From contig CM069142.1 of assembly GCA_035221665.1 (NCBI GenBank), positions 56,482,001-56,546,000 of the forward strand: a DNA stretch of 64,000 nucleotides, read 5' to 3'. A program made the translations under genes and the position numbers. Positions 63,886-64,000 of this stretch are shown piece after piece; the stretch's first letter is position 1; each line of letters opens with the position of its first letter. Origin of the DNA: Okamejei kenojei. Lineage: Eukaryota. The notes under the pieces were generated by a model. The model was given only the letters and a program-made list of their open reading frames with translations, ran no database searches and was not told the origin of the DNA.

Positions 63886-64000
63886 ATGGGTGATGATGAG
63901 ATAATAATGATAATGTGATGATGATATAAAACAAATGGATGAAAGATATGCAAAAAAAGTAGCATTGATCTTCCATCCATTTGTTCTATATCTCCCTACA

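Overview
Vertebrate genomic DNA, most likely a cartilaginous fish (skate/ray). This is inferred from HE1-type V-SINEs, Deu-domain SINE remnants and dense Penelope-derived palindromes. The only clear protein-coding gene is olig2 (61718-62500, minus strand, single coding exon) in a CpG-rich, TE-poor zone at about 55.9-63.8 kb. A possible 37-nt first coding exon of the next gene lies at 173-209 (minus). The ~61 kb between them is intergenic and filled with retroelement debris: CR1, Rex1/Babar, RTE, L2, a Hero-type RLE LINE, Neptune-type Penelope elements, SINEs and a Harbinger-type MITE. No olig1 ORF is visible there. The most notable signal is a ~140-bp retroposon in two TSD-flanked copies (7151-7288, 13660-13799). 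Its first 54 nt fold by eye into a minimal HDV/CPEB3-like self-cleaving ribozyme that starts exactly at the element's 5' end. About 30 Penelope-terminus fragments are present, many with minimal hammerhead cores, and there are three unexplained local inverted duplications. Repeat boundaries are approximate, and family names come from recalled motifs, not database searches.
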